From assembly GCA_951406725.2 (NCBI GenBank), contig OX597824.1, forward strand, positions 75,578,001 through 75,642,000: a stretch of 64,000 nucleotides of DNA, given 5' to 3'. The DNA comes from Octopus vulgaris (lineage: Eukaryota). Below the pieces are notes generated by a model, which had not been told where the DNA came from, did not search any database, and worked only from the letters and a program-made list of their open reading frames with translations. Positions 28,509 through 41,795 of this stretch are shown here, in pieces. Made by a program: the position numbers and the translations under genes. Each line of letters starts with the position of its first letter. Within the stretch, counting starts at the first letter, position 1.

Positions 28509-28840
28509 GACCCCTTCCAGTCATGAATGATCAAGGGTCTGCACTTATAAAGTTACTGACCGAGGCACAAGTTCGAGCGAGGTTATTTATGGAAGACTAG
28601 CAGTTAGCCATTCGTACCAGTCTCCCCACTCCATGCCACCGATGTTATCCAAGGGAAAGACAAAGACCGGTGCAGCTTGACACCAGTGACATCGCAATTC
28701 ATTTCTACAACTGAGTGGAATTGCAGCAACGTGAAATAAAGTGTCTTGCTCAAGAACACAGCGCACAGCTCGGTACGGGAATCAAACCCACTACCTCATG
28801 ATTGTGATCCCGACTCTCTAACCACTGAGCCAAACCTCCA
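28509..28840 (-). mobile_element. SINE D, diverged
   Basis: Reverse-complement homologue of 17383-17708. Confidence 0.8.
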
Positions 28841-29154
28841 CATTATGTTAGAGATAAAGATTGCTTTTTGGCATCCCTACTGCTTCAGTCGCTATTAATT
28901 ATTCTTTGATAAACTCCCAAGCCATTTACGAAACCAGTTCCTCAATACAGACTGATATTCTGTATATCGTTGATGGAAGATTCATCTGTTGAGACGTGAT
29001 CGGATGTCTGCCATCGTACAACTCAACTCAGAACGAAATCACGTGATCTAGCAGGAACTGCGGCCATAGCAGACCGTCTGGAAACTATATAAATACCGTA
29101 AATCCTCGACTATAACCCGCATTTTTTTCTCCAAACATTTAATAAGAACAGTAC

Positions 29155-29207
29155 TGACAGAAACTTCGATGATGGCCTAGCTGTCTGAAACTTCGAAGTC
29201 ACTGTCA
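29155..29207 (+). ncRNA. Degenerate hammerhead motif
   Basis: TGACAG..TCGATGA-TGGC..GTCT-GAAA-CTTCGAAG-TC-ACTGTCA, with palindromic stem III. Confidence 0.45.
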
Positions 29208-29328
29208 ATATTTTTCTTGTGAAAGAATTATATGTGTGTGTATGTATGTATATATGTATGTATTTATGTATTATTATGGTGTGTGTATATATATATGTGT
29301 GTGTGTATGTATATATACGTATGTATAC

Positions 29329-29363
<35 letters not shown>

Positions 29364-29458
29364 ATATATTAAATTAGAGACAAAACCACTATTAGGCAAA
29401 TCAAACAATGAAAAACTTAAGCCAATACATATGATTAATTTATTTATTCCCTAATATT

Positions 29459-29513
<55 letters not shown>

Positions 29514-30072
29514 TGTATGTATATATACACTCTTATTTATAAACATATATGCATGTGTGTGACTATATATATATATGCATGTATGTATATATTCGCTTAT
29601 TTATAAACATATATGCGTGTGTGTGACTGCGCGTGTATAATTTTGTGTGTATGTATTTGTTTCTTTTCATATTTCTGTATTGTATGTACGACTGTATTAT
29701 ATATCGCTTTATTTAATCACGTGTACATTCTTTCCAATTCACATGTACTTATATATATATATTGGCAGTTGCATTTTAAATGATGCTGCCGAGCACCAAC
29801 GCACTAACTTTTATGTTAATATACATTAATAAATCCCAATGTATGAGATTAATACTAAGTGTATTGCTCAGTACGAATATACATTAAATAGAAATATATA
29901 ATGCACTTAGCTAGACGGGGTAGTATCTATGTGATTATAGTTATGCTGTGTTCTTAGTTAAATGTGTTCTGCAGGCTAATTTCGAAGGTAGATCCGAAAA
30001 TTATGATTAAGATTATGGATTCTTATATTTTATATTTTATATCTCGTTTCAGGATTCGTATTTATATATATG

Positions 30073-30241
30073 TGCCGGAGTGGCTGTGTGGTAAGCAGCA
30101 TGCTTACGAACCACATGGTTCTGGGTTTAGTTTCCCTGCGTGGCACCTTGGGCAAGTGTCTTCTGCTATAGCCTCGGGCCGACCAAAGCCTTGTGAGTGG
30201 ATTTGGTAGACGGAAACTGAAAGAAGCCCGTCGTATACATG

Positions 30242-30314
<73 letters not shown>

Positions 30315-30527
30315 TTGTGTGTCTGAATTTGTCCCCACAACATCACTTGACAACCGATGTTGGTGTGTTTACGTCCCCGTAACTTAGCGGTTCGGCAAAA
30401 AGAGACCGATAGAATAAGTACTAGGCTTACAAAAAAAGTCCTGGGGTCGATTTGTTCGATCGACTAAAGGCGGTGCTCCAGCATGGCCTCAGTCAAGTGA
30501 CCGAAACAAGTAAAAGAGTAAAAGAGT
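30073..30527 (+). mobile_element. SINE A
   Basis: Full-length match. Confidence 0.9.
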
Positions 30528-30952
30528 ATGTGTTTGCACGTGTGTATGTGTGTGTGTGTGCGCATGTAAGCCTGTGTGTTTGTGTGTCTTTTTATTTAAG
30601 TTCTTCAGAGAGTTCATACCAGTCGATGAAACTTTTTGAGTTGAGCGACCTCCAAGTGTTTGTAAATATGTAGTCGAGTTAACATGTTGGATGGACTGTT
30701 CAAGTGCACAAACGAGTGTGTGTATATCTTCATATAAAGAATCTCAGATGTGGAATCTTTGGAACGTCTTACAAATCGTCACAGTGTCGCATATGGATTG
30801 GATTTGGAGAACGTGCGTCAGTTTCTTTTTCTCTTTCTTCGAAGAGTCTTGCATTTCTTGGTTTTAGTGTTAATCTGTAGGTATGTAGCCTAATGCACCC
30901 AGGTTGATAAGTACAAAGGAAAATTTATTGTCAAGCTACTAGAGCTGTAGTA

Positions 30953-31258
30953 GAGGTGCAATGACCCAGTGGTTAGGGCAGCGGACTCGCGGTCGGAGGA
31001 TCGCGGTTTTGATTTCCAGACCAGGCGTTGTATGTGTTTTATTGAGCGAAAACACCTAAAAGCTCCAGGAGGCTCTGGCAGGAGGTGGGGGGTGGCGACC
31101 CCTGTTGTACACTTTCGCCCCAACTTTCTTTCACTCTCTCTTCCTGTTTCTTGAGTAACGCTGCGATGGACTGGCATCCCGTCCAGTTGGGGGAACACAT
31201 ACGCCACAGAAACCGGGAAACCGGGCCCATGAGCCTGGTTAGGCTTGAAAAGGGCGCA
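30953..31258 (+). mobile_element. SINE C, tail type 2
   Basis: Family match; flanking duplication actagagctgta. Confidence 0.88.
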
Positions 31259-32045
31259 CTAATAAATAATAAATAAACTAGAGCTGTAAGTAGGATACTA
31301 GACACTGTTGGGAATCTCCTTGCAATTTGATTCTTCCGGCTTATATGTATTTACATTCCCGATAGACATATACGATTATATAAAGCACGGCATTGAACAA
31401 CCGAGAGTTATTAAACTTAGAGGACTGAAGACTGACTATTTGGCACAACTGACAAGAAATTCACCCTGTTTTGGAGCTGAAAGCAAAAAGATAAAAAAAA
31501 CCCCTCACAGACACTTGCATATGTAGCGGGAATATTCAGCAATCACCTGATGTCGTGATTCGCTTGAATATTATCCACGCGAGCAACAAAATTTGACTAA
31601 TCACGACTTCGCGTCGAATAGGCTCCAGCGGGATTCCCATTTTTTGACGCGCTTCATTCTCAGCCTATCAGCCAGTATAAATTCGGCACACTATAACTAC
31701 TAGACAGGTGGCTTTGAGAAGCAGCAGAGAGAGCGTTGACATACATTGTAGGACTTGGCAACAGAAACAGTGGACAACAACTGACAACACAAAGGCAATG
31801 AACAGTTGGAGGACGAACGACATTAGAAGTCAATAGCCCGCAGTCAACTAAGAACATCTTATCTGCTGTTACAACTATAATAAGAAAATAACTCTCTCGA
31901 CGTTTTGCCGTTTTGTAGTAACGACAACATTCGTTTTTTGTGTACGGAAAGAATATGATTTTGTTAAGCAAAAATCTCAACAGGCTCCAGTGTTCTTCTT
32001 CGTGTAGATAGATAGATAGATAGATATATAGATAGAGAGAGGGAT

Positions 32046-32125
<80 letters not shown>

Positions 32126-33612
32126 CATGCATACGTACATTCATAATACATACATACATACATACATACATACATACATACATACATACATACATGTAAA
32201 CGTGTAATTTCTTCTACTGCTGCTTGGCAACGAGTTTTGGTTTGTTTACGCTGCCATAACTTAGCGGTTTGGCAAAAAAAATCCGATAGAAAAGTACCAA
32301 GCTTAACAAAATAGTTACTGGAATCGATTTCTTCGATTAGACTCTTCCAGGCGGCCCCAGCACGGGCGCATTTCATTGAATGGAACAACAAAAAGATAAA
32401 ACGGAAAAGATTAATGGTAAAAAAAATCCCCAATAAATACGTTTTGCTGAGAAATATCGAATCAACAAGGACATGGGTATGAATCGAAAATGGTCCTAAA
32501 AACCATTCATACCATATGTACATCATATGCCAAAACCAACTCTATAAAAATCAATATCTTCTGATATAGAGTATGGAAGTTAAAAAAAATTAGTTCTACG
32601 ACAATAATGAACTTGCAAAGAATTAGAAATCAATAAACGAGGTAGAGTTTAATGTGCGCAAAGTAAATAAAAAATAGCTTAAGAAAAACAAATATTAACA
32701 AATATCATAGGAGCAATCAACTTTACACTTAAAGGTGGAACTTATTGAAATAAGTTAATAAATATAATTACTCTATGTATATATTTCTGTAATATAATAC
32801 AGCTATAATTCAGCTTGATTGGAAATTGATTCGATTAAGTAAAGTAGGTTGAAAAATGCGTGAAAATAAAATAATGTTCGATATACAGCGTGGATCTTTC
32901 CCAAAAGTTGAAATTGTATAAGACCTATTTATGATAAGTGGAAGGATATAAATGAGCCCCTTGTGAATAGAAAACATGTTATTTAATTATCGTTATTTTG
33001 CAGATCCTTTCAGTGTAGCAGGATTTACGTGTTTAGTGCTCGATCTAAATTTTTGTAGACAATATCTGTTGAAAACCGGTGGTCAAAGCCAGCTCACATT
33101 TAAGAAGTTGCTTCTACATGTATTCACCAAGAAGCCTTGACACTCGACTCGTAAGAAATAGCAATAAATCTTTATATAACATCCACCTCGTTTAGAATAT
33201 AACGGTTCTTTGTATAACGTGGTCCTCTGTTCACTTTGCTCAAAACAAATACGAAATGATCACGGCTTAAATACTTTTTCCTAATAAGCATGTGTATTCA
33301 AGTCTTACTTGAGGCTTAGCAATAACACATTGTCCAAATAGTCATTCTTTTCTAAGAGAGTGGGATGTGATTTAAAGACGAATTGTCTATTATTTCTAAC
33401 AGATAGAGGGATATTATTGATGCTACTTGTTAAATATGAGCCCGTCTGTCCTCCAGTTTTCTACGGCTATCTTGATGTAATTTATCACGCATAATCATCT
33501 ATATGTAATGTGGTTTGAAGCGGTATAGTGTTGAAACAATTATAACCAATAATAAACTTATGCTGTATTGATATCTTCTTCCTTATCTTATGTATGTATG
33601 CTTGTACGAGTA

Positions 33613-33685
<73 letters not shown>

Positions 33686-34196
33686 CTAGAGTATCGCCCG
33701 GCGTTGCTCGGGTTTGTAAGGGAAATAACTATATAAGCATTTTTAGAGAGTTACTTCCCTTATAGATGCCAATTCGGGCTTTCTTAGCCATTTCTGTTTT
33801 GGTGTCTTCAAGCCATGAAGTCGTTGTTCTAAAAGAACGCTGGTCTCCTTGACAACGCTTTACGACGTTGATTTCCTTACACTCCCTTCCCCACAGCTTC
33901 ACGAGGGAGGGAAGAAGGGGAGAAGCAAACAGGTGCAGGTGTGACCATGGACGCCAACTCCGCCGCCATCGACACACGAAAAATTATGCATTAAAATGGA
34001 ATAAAAAATGTTGTTAAATTATTTTTAAAATCGTAGACTCATCGTAGACGCGCGCTAATACTCAGACGGGCTCGATATGAATCACGACTATAAGATACCC
34101 GCTTTTGGTTAAACTGCACCGCAAAATGTGGGAGTAGTTAGGAATCTAAATCGAAGGGGACAGACACTCACACAACTACAGTTTTATATATATAGA
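33686..34196 (-). mobile_element. Non-autonomous Helitron-like element
   Basis: - strand begins TCTATATATATAAAA and ends with hairpin CCCGAGCAACGCCGGG then CTAG; inserted in (TA)n. Confidence 0.75.
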
Positions 34197-34250
34197 TATA
34201 TATATATACGCAAAAAATATATATATATGATTAAAGAAGGAAAATGCACA

Positions 34251-34876
34251 CATAGTTTTAATATATTTTAAATGTAAGAGTACTCTGGTCGTCGACCGGT
34301 TTCGCTTTCGCTAATCATGGCATTGAAATTATTGTAATTTCGTATTTTCTTAAGAAGATTTTAGTCCATGTTCTTGTATGAAAGTTTGTGGATGAATCAA
34401 AATGTAGAAAAGTCTATCTAAGGAGAGGCAATTGGTGATAGTTATTACTTGGGACAGGGGAGGTAACTACTCATTTTAAGGGTGGATTAGACAAACAACA
34501 TGCTGTCTTCTAGTAGCTTCTAAGCTGAAGTGAGGCACCAGAATTTAGTATGGAATTATCCATACGATTTCAAAATAAGGTGATTAAAATTAAAATAAGC
34601 AACAAGGATAACCAGAGGTAATGCAGTACTATCGTTTCAAGCAACTCCATTTAATTGAACGATGCAATCATTACATCAATTTAAATGCAGTGCAATCCTC
34701 GGCTGCATAAAGATATAAAATTTTATTAAATTAAAACAGATGGACACATTAGTATAATTTTACCTAAAATCTCCAAGAAGGTAAAGAGATAGACAAAGAA
34801 CATGCTGTCTTCACTTCAGCTTAGAAGCTACTAGAAGACCAGAGTACTCGTTCATTTAAAATATATTAAAACTATG
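34251..34876. repeat. Nested inverted-repeat cassette with two - strand hammerhead-like motifs
   Basis: Inverted repeats 34251-34290/34837-34876 and 34505-34533/34811-34839; HHR-like motifs at 34291-34322 and 34621-34708. Confidence 0.65.
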
Positions 34877-34884
34877 AGTCGCGA

Positions 34885-35072
34885 TGATAGATCGTTAGCC
34901 ACTACACACATTTTCTCTCTCCTTGTTTTTTTTGTGTCTCTTTCTGTACAAGAGCGTAGGCTCGAAACGTAAAAGACTTTTTCTATTCCTGAGCCTTATA
35001 CTAATACATCTGTTTGTTTTGAACACCACCTGTCTTCGTCTTTTGTTTTTTTACTTCGTAAACTCTCCCTAT
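34885..35072 (+). mobile_element. HHR-bearing short element H2 with decayed core
   Basis: TCTTT-CTGTACA-A-GAGC-GTAG-GCTC-GAAAC-GTA-AAAGA; ends at (TA)n. Confidence 0.6.
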
Positions 35073-35124
<52 letters not shown>

Positions 35125-35129
35125 TATAT

Positions 35130-35338
35130 AGTTAATCCAAACAAGAAAGCACAAAAAAACACAACAACGCGAGGACGTAGAACAAATATAGTATTATTGG
35201 ACGCTCAGGAAAGAAGGAAAGAAGGAGGGTTTAACGTTTCGAGCGGAGCTCTTCGTCGGAAACATAGGAGAAGGAAAGATCCAGAAAAGGGAAGACAGAG
35301 GAAAAAAAATCGCCAACGGTACACACGAGGTCACATTT
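35130..35338 (-). mobile_element. HHR-bearing short element, family H1
   Basis: - strand GTTT-CCGACGA-A-GAGC-TCC-GCTC-GAAAC-GTT-AAAC; ends ..ggattaac(TA)n. Confidence 0.7.
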
Positions 35339-35373
35339 TATGTATGTATGTATGTATGTATGCATGTATGTAT

Positions 35374-35515
35374 GACGAGCTTCTTTCAGTTTCTGTCTAC
35401 CAAATCCACTCACAAAGCTTTGGTCGGCCCGGGGCCATAGCAGAAGACACCCAAGGTGTCACATAGTGGGTCTGAATCCGGGACCATGTTATTGGGAAGC
35501 AAGCTTCCTACCACA
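35374..35515 (-). mobile_element. SINE A 5' half
   Basis: Family match. Confidence 0.8.
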
Positions 35516-36196
35516 TATAGTATGTGATACAACGATATGAAAATAAGTCTACGTTTAGACTGAAACAGTTTTCTACAAGTAATAGCTTTAGCAAAGATCT
35601 CGACAGAGCAAAGTAACTTTAATGAATCCTTACATACAAATATCTTAGCACCAACGTCGCTTAATTCTTCAAAATATTCTTCTCATCGAATAACAAATGT
35701 TCTCAGACAGAAATTAAGTACGTAACTCCCGACAGAATTGTAATTCTGCGAGAAAAGCGATTTGTATAGCTAAATCTGATTGATGTGTCCTCAGAGAAAA
35801 ACTAGAGAATGTTTTTAATTAAATTGTAAAACTATTCACGCGCTTATAGTTCACTAATTGCAATAATTACAATGGTTAAGTTGCAATTCTAATTTAAGTT
35901 TTGGTGGAACGTTCTTTCATTTCTTCTGGTTTACACTTAGATGGATCTGAAGCATAATTCGGATGTTAAACTATCTTGGTGTCTATAAACATATCAGTAA
36001 ATATTTTTCTCGTTCTTTCTGGGATGCGATGTGCTGTAACGCATTCTTCAGTTCAAACCTTACTGTATTGACTGGGCCGCCCGTAACGCAAAAGAGAGTA
36101 GAATAAATAAATGCAGGGGTCTGACCGGCCGCTATCAGTTTGTGCCAGTCGCTGTCGAGACGTCGTGTGTTCTTGGACCAAGCACTACCAATTTCC

Positions 36197-36629
36197 GGAT
36201 CTTTTCGGTTTGAACGGCAGTTTTTTCTAGCGGTATCATATGAAATTGTCACCCATAATTATGATCCTAGAATCGATCTATTGAATTTCAATCTCTTTTA
36301 GGGTTAGTTAGGGTTAGGGTTAGGGTTAGGGGTGGGGGGAAGGGTATCTCTTTTTCTTCACAAATGTAAATAAACCCAATCTGTTTCTTAAACGAGGGAC
36401 ATATTCATACGGCACAATGCTTTTTAACTCAATAGACGTCAGTGATTGGTTGAAATTGAAGAAATTGAAGAAGAAAAAAACAACAAATATCTTACAGACT
36501 ATAGAATTTTCTCAATAAAGCCAAGAGAAAAAGATGTTTTATAAACACATTCTACCAGTATACGAAGTTTAAATTTTTTTAGTTACCTAGAAATTATGTT
36601 AAAATCTGCCGTTCAAACCGAAAAGATCG
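36197..36629. mobile_element. MITE with 23-bp TIRs, 8-bp TSD (hAT-like) and internal (TTAGGG)n
   Basis: gatcttttcggtttgaacggcag / ctgccgttcaaaccgaaaagatc; TSD caatttcc at 36189-36196 and 36630-36637. Confidence 0.85.
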
Positions 36630-36874
36630 CAATTTCCTCCTCAAAATCGTTATAACCGCAATCCGTCTGAGAAATGAACATCATGCGGTAGAGTGGCTGC
36701 TGCAGTGAGTGTTGTTAGCCATTCTCCGCGGCAACGCTATCGCGGTCATAACCGCAGCGCGCGGTTGGGCACGCCATTTGTTCTAGGTTTTGTGGCTTAT
36801 TGTCTCTCTCCTACTGCTGCTTACCGCCCCCTTTTTCTTTTTCTGTTTCTTTGTTTCTTTGCTTTTAAATGTTA

Positions 36875-37089
36875 CTCTCTTTTTATCTTTTACTTGTTTC
36901 AGTCATTTGACTGTGGCCATGCTGGAACACCGCCTTTTGTCGAGCAAATCGACCCCTGGACTTATTCTTTGCAAGCCTAGTACTTATTCTATCGGTCTCT
37001 TTTGCCGAACCGCTAAGTTACGGGGAAGTAAACACACTAGCATCGGTTGTCAAGCAATGCTGGGGGGACAAACACAGACACACAAACAT

Positions 37090-37162
<73 letters not shown>

Positions 37163-37331
37163 CATATATACGACGGGCTTCTTTCAGTTTCCGTCAACCA
37201 AATCCACTCACAAGGCTTTGGTCGGCCCGAGGTTATAGTAGAAGACACTTGCCCAAGGTACCACGCAGTGGGACTGAAGCCAGAACCATGTGGTTCGTAA
37301 GCAAGCTACTTACCACACAGCAACTCCTGCG
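36875..37331 (-). mobile_element. SINE A
   Basis: Full-length match. Confidence 0.9.
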
Positions 37332-37479
37332 AATATCAATAAATAAAATAAATTTTCTTATTCTCTGAGGTATTTTGATATCTTTCGAATTACAATCTAA
37401 CAAGTGAAAGTACATACAGGATAACGTAATCCCGGATAAATTGTCGATAGAGTTACCGTTGGTTTATTTTTGGTAATAA

Positions 37480-37745
37480 ACCTGTTTGATCAAAACGAAG
37501 GAGCTTCGATGTAGTTACTCGACCTACTAGATGTAGTAGCTAAAATCTTCTTCAAACTACAACCAAATTTTCTTTAAAACGGACATGTTGGATAATCCAG
37601 TGTTAAATTTCGCGTAAATAGACGAGATGATCTTGGAATATGTTTGACGGCCTGGTTGTTCAAACAAAGGAGCTTCAGTATAGTTACTCGACCCACTAGA
37701 TATAAGCGTTAAACATTCTTCGAACCACAACCAAATCGTCTCTAA
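37480..37745. repeat. Diverged tandem duplication (period ~170 bp) within an old interspersed repeat
   Basis: aaggagcttc..tagttactcgacc..ctagat..ttcttc..acaaccaaat occurs twice. Confidence 0.65.
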
Positions 37746-38538
37746 AAATCTAGAAAAGGACACACTAGATAAAGTAGTCCTAGATATACGATTCCTGGAG
37801 ATGAAAAGATGGCACGGGATGGCTCGAATGACACTGATGTAAGTTTGCTCGATTGGGACTAACTTTTAGGAGCTAAACAATAACTACCACCATCCCCACA
37901 ACCACCACCATCATCCTCATCATCACCACCGCCGTCACCAGCGCCGCCATCATTATCATCATCATTGTCACCATCACCACAATATCAGCCACAACAAAAG
38001 TACCTAGAGACAAACCAATGCGGACGTCTACGTTGTCTCACGACCTGTTAGAGATAGCAGCTGAATCTCCTTTATATCATATTCTACTACCTAAAGTCTA
38101 ATTAGACAAATTAGAAGACGTAGTTCTTGATACCGTATGTCTGTATGAAAGAAGAGTGTTGATTGAAACGACTTTCACCCAATGAGAACTAAACAGCAAG
38201 GATAACAACCACTACTGTCACTGCTACTACTGCTGTTACTACTACTACTACTACTGCTACTGCTGCTGCTGCTGCTGCTGCGACTACTACTACTACTACT
38301 ACCCACCACCACCACCACCACCATGCTATGTATGATAGCTTGTTCTGCTAGAATGAGCAGCTACATTTCCCTAAAATAATTTTGGATCTTAAGAAAATGG
38401 TGGATGAACACGTTGCAAAAATTATCCCCAGCACATTACTGGTATTTATTTTATCGATTCTGAAATAGCCAAATTTCTTTACTAGTTCAGGGACGATGAA
38501 ATAAGATTAGTTTCGAGAGGGAAAGAAAGAAAGAAAAA

Positions 38539-38590
<52 letters not shown>

Positions 38591-39190
38591 AAAAAGAAAG
38601 AACGAAAGAAAGAAAGGAAGAAGGACAGAAAGAATGAAGAGAGAACGAGAGAAAGGTAGGAAGACAGGAAGAAAAAGACAAAGGGAATAAAAAAGCAGAA
38701 AGAAAACCTGGCCCTGAGTTAGGTAATTAAGTTCAAAGGCAGCCAGATGATATAGGAGCACGACTGGGAATCGAACCTTGATTGTTAGTGAGTTATTAAT
38801 TACGCTATGGGGGTACTTGCAATAATTACTAGTTAGCTATCATTAAGAATTTGTAGTGAGATGAAAGAAAAACAAATACAATCAAAAATGACAAATAAAC
38901 TCAGAAAATTAGGAAAAGAGGAAGGAAAAAAATCCTAGTAATTAGGAAAAGTAAGTTAAAATTAGTTCTTACGCAAAAACATACATATAGGCACGCGCGC
39001 GCACGCACGCACACACGCACACACTCACACATACACAAATGCAATATTACATATATAACCACACATACAACCGTGAACACGTTCACATTCACAAATACAT
39101 GCGTGCATCTAAACACATGCACTACACACGCGCAACCGCAAACCCACCTGTATGTATATACATACATAGACACATACATACAAACATGCA

Positions 39191-39283
<93 letters not shown>

Positions 39284-39373
39284 GTGCGTGTTCATCAGCA
39301 TTTAAATAGTCACAAATACACAGGCACACGTATATAAAGAAGGAAATGAACACGTGTATATGTATGTAAACAT

Positions 39374-39460
<87 letters not shown>

Positions 39461-39537
39461 CATACATATATATGTATACATATATACATACATACATACA
39501 TATATACATACACTTATATATGCATGTGTATATGTGT

Positions 39538-39604
<67 letters not shown>

Positions 39605-39627
39605 TATATATATATATATAGAGAGAG

Positions 39628-39710
<83 letters not shown>

Positions 39711-40096
39711 CAGATAGATAGTTATGTACATATATACGCACACACAGATAGATGTATACATATACAGAAGTACAAGCACCATCACACTCACACATACACT
39801 TTCTCTTCCTCGCCTACTCGCAAATAACACACAGATTCAAAAAAAAAAGTAAGATAGAAAGGAAGAAGAAAAGTTAATTAAGTAAATTAACTGTTTTGAT
39901 AGAAATTTCCTTTGTGTAAATTGGCAGCCAAAGACGGCACTTACTCATCTAGACAATTCCGAGTCACATCTCCCAAAGCGTCACTCAGACGATTAATGGC
40001 TAAGCGAGACATTAATGGAAGCTGTGGGGGAGGGCAGGTCGACAGGGAAGGGTGACTATAAGATAAAACAAACCAAGAGAGACTGTTTCATGTATA

Positions 40097-40146
<50 letters not shown>

Positions 40147-40282
40147 AATATATATATGCATATATATATATATATACATACATATATACGTATATATGTA
40201 TATATATATAAGTGCGTACATGTATAAATATATGCATATATATGTGTATGTATGTGTGTGTATGCGTATATGTATTGTATGA

Positions 40283-40377
<95 letters not shown>

Positions 40378-40474
40378 TGTGAGTATATAAGAGTAAAGAA
40401 AGTTACAAAAAATAGTACTTGAAGACCAAAGTAGAGTAAAGTGGTGTTTTATTAAAGCGCGAAAGACTTCACAA

Positions 40475-40515
40475 ACTGTTACTTAGGCGTTTCACGTAAG
40501 CGTTCGTCAGACAGT
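40475..40515 (-). ncRNA. Minimal type I hammerhead ribozyme with intact core
   Basis: ACTGT-CTGACGA-ACG-CTTA-CGT-GAAA-C-GCCTAA-G-TA^-ACAGT; all three stems pair; GUA cleavage triplet. Confidence 0.75.
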
Positions 40516-40568
40516 CGTGAGTATTTAGAACAATGCAATGGTTGCCGTTGTTCTAAATCTTCAAGGCC

Positions 40569-40603
40569 GTCTGATGATCGATCACGTGAAACTCTGAGTA
40601 ACA
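40569..40603 (+). ncRNA. Hammerhead motif, inverted partner of 40475-40515
   Basis: GT-CTGATGA-TCG-ATCA-CGT-GAAA-CTC-T-GAG-TA^-AC. Confidence 0.65.
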
Positions 40604-41494
40604 ATTTGTGAAGTATTTGCGACATCAATAAAATGCTACATATATTGATGTGTGTATCTGTATGCGTATGTATGTCTGTGTGTATTTGTGTGTATGTATG
40701 TAAGTATGTATGTATAGATGAATGTATGTATGTGAGGAGAAGTGATATATTGAATGGAAAAAGCCAAAATTCAGAATAGTGCAACTCTGTGATTTCCTAT
40801 AAAAAGGTGAGAAATTAATTTTTTACTGAAAATCAGTGGTAGTAAGGCTCCAGAAAATCAGTTAATGTTTCAACTTGTTTCAACGCAGTTCGTGTGTATG
40901 TATGTAAGTATGTATATATGTACGTATATAAAAAAAGCAATTTCTTTTTTGGGATGTATAAAACAGAAAGGTTTGGACCACCTTTTAATGAAACAGCTAC
41001 AAATGATCCCAAATTTTGATCCCAAATTACCCATTTATATCGAGCGAGTCTAGGTGGAATTTGAACTGAGAATGCACGGAGTCAAGAAAAGGACCTCGAG
41101 GCACGTCTCTTCGACGCTCTGACTGTCCACCAATCGATTGCCCTGGGTGGTACTTTATTTAACCAGCCCAAGGGATAAAAAGCAAAGTGCGTTCCAGGCG
41201 TACAGAAAATCATATCTGAAGGTATTCTATTTGGCATTCAGACAGCTCTCTCAAATCGACGCCATAGCTTAAACTGAGACACTGCGAGGTATCAGTTGTT
41301 CCTTATCGTATATTAATTGTCAGTCGGCGTAAGTTTGTGACGCTTTCACAAGTCCAATATAGTACATAGTCTAAGGCGACGAGCTGGCGGAAACGTTAGC
41401 ACGCCGGGGGAAATGCTTAGCGGTATTTTGTCTGAAGTTTACAAGTTTATAGTTAAATGTTGTTTTTTATTATATACATATATCAAACCATTAT

Positions 41495-41795
41495 CATTAG
41501 TTTCTTTGACTCCATACGGACCATAGAACGTCAACGAGAGATTTCCATCTGTCTCGATCTTTGGTAATGGATTGAAGTTGTCCCCATGTGTAACCGCCTG
41601 TCAGAGGTTCACTACGTTGCTTCATACGTAGCCGCTAATGATTACTTTTCTTTACTAGGGTCGGTTTCATATAACCTCTTATTGCCGTTTGAGTAGTAAT
41701 AATGTAGAAAATTGATTGTGTAGGGATGCTAACCCAACGCTTGCTACCCTCTTCCTTTTCCTACAAGGCCTGGGACCGTCTATAACGAAGTTATT
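41495..41795 (-). mobile_element. Internally deleted (bipartite) RTE-clade element
   Basis: 5' part gacggtcccaggcc..aaaggaagaggg..gggttagcatccct resembles RTE 5' UTRs; 3' part encodes GYTWGQLQSITKDRDRWKSLV, resembling the RTE C-terminus. Confidence 0.6.

Noticed and set aside
29094-29125. pogo/Tc2-like terminal sequence taccgtaaatcctcgactataa
   Set aside because: A single short end with no partner TIR found.
31660-32526. 288-aa ORF
   Set aside because: It runs through a decayed SINE A and GATA/CATA microsatellites, with no domain recognised.
36298-36331. Telomere or chromosome fusion site
   Set aside because: Only a few TTAGGG units, lying inside a MITE.
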